The position numbers and the translations under genes are program-made. Under the pieces are notes generated by a model, which did no database searches, was not told the origin of the DNA, and worked only from the letters and a program-made list of their open reading frames with translations. A DNA stretch of 35,857 bases from contig CAYOVM010000005.1 in assembly GCA_964407355.1 (NCBI GenBank), positions 2,390-38,246 of the forward strand, in the 5' to 3' direction. Positions 30,142 to 35,857 of the stretch are shown here, piece after piece. This DNA comes from an uncultured Enterobacteriaceae bacterium (lineage in GTDB: Bacteria > Pseudomonadota > Gammaproteobacteria > Burkholderiales > SG8-39). Every line of letters begins with the position of its first letter. The stretch's first letter is position 1.

Positions 30142-30666
30142 ATGACTCCTGAGCAAACCCTGAAAAAGCTCGGCCTCGACCTCGGCACGGTGTCCGCCCC
30201 GGTCGCCAACTATGTGAACGCGGTGCGCACCGGCAACCTGCTGTATCTCTCCGGCAAGGGGCCGCGTCCCGACGCGTCGGGCAAGCCCCCGAAGGGAAAA
30301 GTGGGCCGCGAATACACCGTCGAGCAGGGCTACCAGCACGCGCGCAGCGTCGGCCTGGATCTGCTCGCGGTCATGCGCCAGGAGCTCGGCAGCCTCGACA
30401 AGGTGAAGCGCGTGGTCAAAGTCCTCGGCATGGTGAACGCCGTGCCCGAGTTCGAGGAGCAGCCGAAGGTGATCAACGGCTGCTCGGATCTCTTCGTCGA
30501 GGTGCTCGGCGAGCGCGGCAAGCACGCGCGCTCGGCGGTCGGCATGGGCTCCCTGCCCAGGGGCATTCCGGTCGAGATCGAGGTGATCGTCGAAATCGCC
30601 GGCGCTTCCGCCAAGGCCGCATCCGCCGGGAAGAAGACTTCGCGCCGCAGTAAGAAAAAACGCTAG
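30142..30666 (+). CDS. RidA/YjgF family protein with basic C-terminal tail
   Basis: 174 aa. ANYV..VRTGNLLYLSG, VINGCSDLF, HARSAVG..SLP...PVEIE. Confidence 0.9.
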   Translation: MTPEQTLKKLGLDLGTVSAPVANYVNAVRTGNLLYLSGKGPRPDASGKPPKGKVGREYTVEQGYQHARSVGLDLLAVMRQELGSLDKVKRVVKVLGMVNAVPEFEEQPKVINGCSDLFVEVLGERGKHARSAVGMGSLPRGIPVEIEVIVEIAGASAKAASAGKKTSRRSKKKR

Positions 30667-30716
30667 GCGGTTGGGCGTTACCGTTGTAAGAATCGGGGCA
30701 TGACCCCGGTTTCCCG

Positions 30717-32348
30717 ATGCACGACCTGTCCGTAATCGTCACGCTCGCCGGCGCGCTGGCGGTCGCGCTCGTGTTCGGCGCGATCAGCCGGCGCCTCGGG
30801 CTCACCACGCTGGTGGGCTACATGGTGGCCGGGGTCGTCGTCGGCCCGTACACCCCGGGATTCGTCGCCGACACGCAGCTCGCGCAGCAGATGGCCGAGA
30901 TCGGCGTGATCCTGCTGATGTTCGGCGTCGGCATGCACTTCCATCCGCAGGACCTGCTGCGCGTCTGGCGCGTCGCGCTGCCCGGCGCCGTCGCGCAGAG
31001 CGCGGTGGCCGGGGTCGCCGGCTGGGCCGTGGCGCGCGCCTTCGGCTGGAACCACGGCGCGGGCCTCGTGTTCGGCATGGCGCTCGCGGTGGCGAGCACG
31101 GTGGTGCTGATGCGCATGCTGGTCGAGCGCGAAAAGGTCGGCACGCACGAAGGGCACGTCGCGGTGGGCTGGCTGATCGTCGAGGACCTCTTCACGGTCG
31201 CGGCGCTGGTGGTGCTGCCCGCGCTCGCGGCGGGCCCCTCCGATCAGGGGAAAATCGGCTGGGCGCTCGCCGAGGCGATCGGCAAGGCCGGCCTCTTCGC
31301 CCTGCTGGTGTGGGGGCTCGGCACGCGCTTCGTCGCGCCGCTCATCGAGCGCGTCGCGCGTCTGCGCTCGAGCGAGCTCTTCACGCTCACGGTGTTCGTG
31401 GTCGCGCTGGGCGTCGCGATCCTCGCCGCGGAGGTGTTCCAGGTCTCGGTGGCGCTCGGCGCGTTCTTCGCCGGCCTGGTCGTCGGCCGCTCGCGCATCG
31501 GCCCCCAGGCCGCGGCCGACATGGCGCCGTTCCGCGACGTCTTCTCGGCGCTGTTCTTCGTCTCGGTCGGGATGCTGTTCAACCCGGCGCTGCTCGGCTC
31601 GCAGCCGCTGCTGGTCGGCGCCGCCCTCGCGATCGTGCTCCTGCTGAAGCCGCTGGTGGCGCTCGGCATCGTCGTGCTTCTGCGCGACAGCCGCCGCACC
31701 GCGCTGACGGTGGCGGTGGGCCTCGCGCAGATCGGCGAGTTCTCCTTCATCCTCGCGGCGCTCGGCCAGTCGCTCGGCGTGCTGCCGCGGGAAGGGCTCG
31801 ACGCGCTGGTCATCGCGGCGATCGCCTCCATCGCGGTGAACCCGGTGCTTTTCCGCCTGCTCGGCAAGCTCGAAAGGCGCATGCAGGTCGCCGAATCGCG
31901 GCCACCCGCGCCTCCTCCCGACGCAACCGGCGCAAGAGCGAGCTGCACCGTCGCCATCGCCGGCGCGCGCGAGCCGGGGCGCACGCTCGCGCTACGCTGC
32001 GCCGAGAACGGCGTGCGCGTCTGCCTGATCGACACCGCGCTCGCGAGTCTGGACGCGCTCGCCGGCACGCAAGTGGCCACGATATTCGGCGACCCCGGGC
32101 GTGCGGAGGTCCTGCGGGCGGCCGGCGTGGAGCAGGCCCGGCTGATCGTGATTCCCAGCGGCACGCTGGCCGACAAGATGCGCGCCTGCGTCGCCGTGCG
32201 CGAGGTCAATCCGCGCATCGAGATCGTGGCGGTCGCCGACAACGAGGGCGAGCAGGCGTGGCTCGCGGAGTTCGGCGTCCACTACATCCTGAAAGCGCCC
32301 GAGGAATTGAGCGAAGCGCTGCTGCGCACGATCCGCACGGCCCTCTAG
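30717..32348 (+). CDS. CPA2 cation:proton antiporter (YbaL/RosB/Kef family) with C-terminal TrkA-N-like domain
   Basis: 543 aa. AEIGVILLMFGVG, ASTVV, GWLIVED, LGAFFAG, RDVFSALFFVSVG, LAQIGEFSF. Confidence 0.92.
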   Translation: MHDLSVIVTLAGALAVALVFGAISRRLGLTTLVGYMVAGVVVGPYTPGFVADTQLAQQMAEIGVILLMFGVGMHFHPQDLLRVWRVALPGAVAQSAVAGVAGWAVARAFGWNHGAGLVFGMALAVASTVVLMRMLVEREKVGTHEGHVAVGWLIVEDLFTVAALVVLPALAAGPSDQGKIGWALAEAIGKAGLFALLVWGLGTRFVAPLIERVARLRSSELFTLTVFVVALGVAILAAEVFQVSVALGAFFAGLVVGRSRIGPQAAADMAPFRDVFSALFFVSVGMLFNPALLGSQPLLVGAALAIVLLLKPLVALGIVVLLRDSRRTALTVAVGLAQIGEFSFILAALGQSLGVLPREGLDALVIAAIASIAVNPVLFRLLGKLERRMQVAESRPPAPPPDATGARASCTVAIAGAREPGRTLALRCAENGVRVCLIDTALASLDALAGTQVATIFGDPGRAEVLRAAGVEQARLIVIPSGTLADKMRACVAVREVNPRIEIVAVADNEGEQAWLAEFGVHYILKAPEELSEALLRTIRTAL

Positions 32349-32358
32349 ATGCGAGACC

Positions 32359-32919
32359 TTAGATGTTGAAAACCGTCCTGCGGTAGTAGCGCAGCTCTTC
32401 CAGCGAGTCGTAGATGTCGGCGAGCGCCTGGTGCTTGCCTTCCTTGACGAACCCCTTGCCGAGCTCGGGCTTCCAGCGCCGCACCAGCTCCTTCAGCGTC
32501 GACACGTCGAGGTTGCGGTAGTGGAAGTACCCCTCGAGTTGCGGCATCCAGCGCGCGAGGAAGCGCCGGTCCTGGCAGATCGAGTTGCCGCACATCGGCG
32601 AGGCGTTGGGCGGCACGTGCGGGCGCAGGAACTCGATCGCGCTCGCTTCGACCGCGGCCTCGGCGAGGCGCGAGGCGCGCACCTTCTCGATCAGCCCCGA
32701 CTTGCCGTGGGTGCCGCGGTTCCAGGAATCCATGGCGCCGAGCACCTCGTCGGGCTGGTGCACCACCCAGGACGGGCTTTCGGCGAGCACGTTCAGCTGG
32801 CCGTCGGTGACGACCAGCGCGACCTCGATGATCCGGTCGGCGTCGGGCTGCAGGCCGGTCATCTCCATGTCGATCCAGATGAGGTTGTTCGCCGGAATGT
32901 TGTCGGGGGCCGCGGCCAT
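32359..32919 (-). CDS. orn: Oligoribonuclease
   Basis: 186 aa. [44 protein letters not shown]. Confidence 0.97.
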   Translation of the reverse strand: MAAAPDNIPANNLIWIDMEMTGLQPDADRIIEVALVVTDGQLNVLAESPSWVVHQPDEVLGAMDSWNRGTHGKSGLIEKVRASRLAEAAVEASAIEFLRPHVPPNASPMCGNSICQDRRFLARWMPQLEGYFHYRNLDVSTLKELVRRWKPELGKGFVKEGKHQALADIYDSLEELRYYRRTVFNI

Positions 32920-32974
32920 GATTTATTCTCTCATGGCGTACCATCTACCGTTTTCCCAGGCCGATCGGAATCCC

Positions 32975-34219
32975 GTGACCAACGCATTCACATGGCTGTT
33001 CGTCGCCGCGCTCGCCGCCGCCACGGCGGCGCGCATCTGGCTCGGCCGGCGGCAGATCCGGCACGTACGCGCGCACCGCGCCGCCGTGCCGGCGACGTTC
33101 GCGCAGGCGATTCCGCTCCCCGCTCACCAGAAAGCCGCGGATTACACCGTCGCCAAGTCGCGCCTCGGCATGCTCGACGTGCTGATCGGAGGGGCGCTCG
33201 CGCTCGCGCTCACGCTGGGCGGCCTGATCCAGTGGATCTCGGACTTCTGGGGGCGCTGGCTCGAGCCCGGCTCGATCCCGCACGGAGCCGCGCTCCTGCT
33301 CACGGTGTTCTTCGTGCAGGGGGCGATCGGCCTGCCGACGACGCTCTACCGCACCTTCGTCGTCGAGGAGCGCTTCGGCTTCAACCGCATGACGCTCAAG
33401 CTCTTCCTCGCCGACCTCGTGAAGCAGACGCTGGTCGGCCTGGTGCTGGGCGTGCCGCTGCTCATCGTCGTGCTGTGGCTCATGGGACGCGCCGGCGAGC
33501 TGTGGTGGCTCTACGTCTGGGGGGTGTGGGTCGTCTACTCGCTGCTCATGATGATGATCTATCCGGCGTTCATCCTGCCCCTGTTCAACAAGTTCACTCC
33601 GGTCGAGGAAGGCGAGCTGCGCTCGCGCATCGCCGCCCTTCTCGAGCGCACCGGATTCAAATCGAGCGGCCTGTACGTGATGGACGGCTCGAAGCGCTCG
33701 AGCCACGGCAACGCCTTTTTCACCGGCTTCGGCGCCACCAAGCGGATCGTGCTGTTCGACACCCTCGTCAGCCGGCTGCAGCCCCCCGAAGTGGAGGCGG
33801 TGCTCGCACACGAGCTCGGCCACTACAAGCTGCACCACATCGCCAAAGGCATAGCGCTCACCGCCGCGGTCAGCTTCGCGATCCTCTTCGCCCTGGGCCA
33901 GCTCATCGACAAGCCGTGGTTCTACCAGGGGCTGGGCGTCACGACCCCGGGCAACGCCGCGGCGCTCGCGCTTTTCTTCCTCGTGCTGCCCGAGTTCCTT
34001 TTCTTCCTGCACCCGCTCACCAGCCTTTACTCGCGCAAGCGCGAGTTCGAGGCCGACAAGTACGCGACCAGCCACGCGAGCGCGGGCGAGCTGGTGCGGG
34101 CGCTGGTGAAGCTCTACCAGGACAATGCCGCGACCCTCACGCCCGATCCGCTGCACTCGGCGTTCTATGATTCGCACCCTCCCGCCGCCACGCGCATCGA
34201 CAGATTGAGGACCACGTGA
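32975..34219 (+). CDS. M48 family (Ste24/CAAX-like) membrane metallopeptidase
   Basis: 414 aa from GTG 32975. DGSKRSSHGNAFFTG, AHELGH (HExxH), EFEAD, SHPP...RI. Confidence 0.93.
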   Translation: MTNAFTWLFVAALAAATAARIWLGRRQIRHVRAHRAAVPATFAQAIPLPAHQKAADYTVAKSRLGMLDVLIGGALALALTLGGLIQWISDFWGRWLEPGSIPHGAALLLTVFFVQGAIGLPTTLYRTFVVEERFGFNRMTLKLFLADLVKQTLVGLVLGVPLLIVVLWLMGRAGELWWLYVWGVWVVYSLLMMMIYPAFILPLFNKFTPVEEGELRSRIAALLERTGFKSSGLYVMDGSKRSSHGNAFFTGFGATKRIVLFDTLVSRLQPPEVEAVLAHELGHYKLHHIAKGIALTAAVSFAILFALGQLIDKPWFYQGLGVTTPGNAAALALFFLVLPEFLFFLHPLTSLYSRKREFEADKYATSHASAGELVRALVKLYQDNAATLTPDPLHSAFYDSHPPAATRIDRLRTT

Positions 34220-34548
34220 GGAGCGACCTCGCCAGCCGCAAGTGCAAGCCCTGCGAAGGCGGGGTCGCGCCCTACACCGAAGCGCAGACGAAGGAGCTGC
34301 TGCGCGAGCTGAAGGGCTGGATCGTCGAGGAGGGCAAGCTCGTCAAGCTGTACCCGTTCACGAACTACTACCAGACCATGGCGTTCGTGAACGCGCTCGC
34401 CTGGATCTCGCACCGCGAGGACCACCACCCCGACCTGAAAGTCGGCTACAACCAGTGCCGCGTCGAGTACATGACGCACGCGATCGGCGGCCTCTCGGAG
34501 AACGACTTCGTCTGCGCGGCGAAGTGCGACGCGCTTTTCGATCTTTGA
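34216..34548 (+). CDS. phhB: Pterin-4-alpha-carbinolamine dehydratase
   Basis: 110 aa, GTGA overlap. EDHHPDL, THAIGGLSENDF.CAAK. Confidence 0.93.
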   Translation: MRSDLASRKCKPCEGGVAPYTEAQTKELLRELKGWIVEEGKLVKLYPFTNYYQTMAFVNALAWISHREDHHPDLKVGYNQCRVEYMTHAIGGLSENDFVCAAKCDALFDL

Positions 34549-34853
34549 AGAGAGTCTTCAGTTCCTATAGCCTGATCGCGGCCCATCACGCCAGGAACGT
34601 CCTGGAGGTGGAGGGAATCCGTTCCGTGGTCAGGAACGAAATACTCTCCTCCGCGATGGGTGAAATTCCCCCGGCCGAGTGCCAGGTCGAGGTCTGGGTG
34701 CTGCGCGAGGAAGACGCCGGGCGCGCCGAGCTCGCCCTGAAAAGCGCCTTCTCCGCCAAAGGCGGTCCGGCCTGGAATTGCCCTTCCTGCGCGGAAACCA
34801 TTGAGGGCCAGTTCACCCAGTGCTGGCGCTGCGGCGCTTACCGCGCGGCCTGA
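34545..34853 (+). CDS. DUF2007-like protein with C-terminal RanBP2-type zinc ribbon
   Basis: 102 aa from a TTGA overlap. H.RNVLE.EGI...VRNE.L..AMGEIP; WNCPSC.E.IEGQF.QCWRCG. Confidence 0.8.
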   Translation: MKRVFSSYSLIAAHHARNVLEVEGIRSVVRNEILSSAMGEIPPAECQVEVWVLREEDAGRAELALKSAFSAKGGPAWNCPSCAETIEGQFTQCWRCGAYRAA

Positions 34854-34855
34854 AG

Positions 34856-35761
34856 CTAGAGCAGTCGCGCGATGCTGATGACTACGAGCACGAACACCCA
34901 GACGACGAGCGCCCGCCAGACGAGGCCGACCGTGCTGTCGAGGAACGGGCCGTCGGCGGCCTCGCCGAGGCCGATCTCGGGGCGCGCCACGACGCCGTCG
35001 GCCTCGTGCACCGGCAGGCCGAGGCGCACGCCCATCGCGCCCGCGCCCGCGGCGAGCACCACGCCGGCGTTCGGGTCGAACCAGCTGCGCGCCTGGGTGC
35101 GCCAGCAGTAGACCGCGTCCTCGAAGTCGCCGACCACCGCGAAGGACGCGGCGGTGAGCCGCACCGCCGGCCACTCCAGGAAATAGAAGACGCGCTTCGC
35201 GAACTCGCCGAACGGCCCCATGTCCTTCCAGCGCGCCGCCAGGTACGCCGCGAGGCGGTAGAGGATCGCCCCGCTGGGTCCGGGCAGCAGCACGAACCAC
35301 AGCAGCACGCCGAAGACATGGCGGTGCGAGGCGAGCAGCGCCTCCTCGATCGCCAGGCGGATCACTTCCTCGCGGCTGCGCACCACCCCCGAGACGCCGC
35401 GCCAGGCCTCGAGCTCGGCGCGCGCGCGGTCGATGTCGCCCGCCTTGATCGCGAGCTGGATGATGGTGAAGTGGTGGCTGAACTGGCGGAAACCGAGGGT
35501 AAGGTAGAGCGCGGCGATGTTGAGAGCAAGGGCGAGGAGCGGGCTCGCCGCATACAGCAGGGCGTGCAGGACGAGCGCGCCGGCGACGACCGGCAGCACC
35601 GCGACGCACCATGCCACCGCGCCGTGACGCCGCTCCCCGCCGTTGAACGACTGCTCGAGCCAGGCGGCGATGCCGGCGAGGGCGGCGGCGACGTTCTTGC
35701 GCTCCGCGAGCGGCCGCCACTGCTCGAGCAGCAGCGCCACAACGATCGCAACGGCGCTCAT
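34856..35761 (-). CDS. CobD/CbiB family (AmpE-like) membrane protein
   Basis: 301 aa from ATG 35761. ALLLEQWRP, LYLTLGFRQFSH, HRHVFGVLLWF, FAVVGDFEDA, GLVWRA. Confidence 0.85.
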   Translation of the reverse strand: MSAVAIVVALLLEQWRPLAERKNVAAALAGIAAWLEQSFNGGERRHGAVAWCVAVLPVVAGALVLHALLYAASPLLALALNIAALYLTLGFRQFSHHFTIIQLAIKAGDIDRARAELEAWRGVSGVVRSREEVIRLAIEEALLASHRHVFGVLLWFVLLPGPSGAILYRLAAYLAARWKDMGPFGEFAKRVFYFLEWPAVRLTAASFAVVGDFEDAVYCWRTQARSWFDPNAGVVLAAGAGAMGVRLGLPVHEADGVVARPEIGLGEAADGPFLDSTVGLVWRALVVWVFVLVVISIARLL

Positions 35762-35835
35762 AGGCGGGAAAAGGGCGGGCGGAAAAAACGTCGGCGGGAA
35801 ATGCTCACGGAGCCATTCTATACAATGACTTCGCA

Positions 35836-35857
35836 ATGAAGATCTCGGCGCCCTACG
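35836..35857 (+). CDS. Possible start of a divergent gene truncated by the window edge
   Basis: ATG AAG ATC TCG GCG CCC TAC (MKISAPY), downstream of a TACAAT hexamer. Too short to identify. Confidence 0.3.

Noticed and set aside
34216-34548. phhB without phhA
   Set aside because: Stand-alone pterin dehydratases are common in bacteria.
34856-35761. Cobalamin biosynthesis locus
   Set aside because: No other cob/cbi genes or B12 riboswitch were recognised, and this AmpE-like paralogue sits among housekeeping genes.

Overview
High-GC chromosomal window that looks betaproteobacterial: trxA-rho-L31 type B synteny, three Bug/TctC binding proteins, and an orn / M48 peptidase / phhB / CobD-CbiB block. 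About 34 intact CDSs. The left part (1-7.9 kb) has a LigE-like GST and a minus-strand run of thiolase, PAS hybrid kinase, receiver protein and an AddB-like Fe-S nuclease with no helicase partner in view. The middle (8-22.6 kb) is an accessory redox/catabolic region. It holds three Bug proteins, an orphan xanthine-dehydrogenase-family Mo subunit, a UbiD decarboxylase preceded by a coupled 7-codon mini-ORF, and a secreted beta-propeller converging on a small CxxCH protein. It also holds cydAB, a Tat sulfite-oxidase-family enzyme with a fused diheme cytochrome, and an orphan HicB-like gene. The right part is mostly housekeeping. Non-coding highlights are a perfect 25-bp inverted repeat (REP/MITE-like) next to a decayed gene remnant missed by the ORF track, and abrupt AT-rich patches inside GC-rich genes. 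No rRNA, tRNA, CRISPR array, transposase or integrase was seen. All family calls come from motif recognition; no database search was run.
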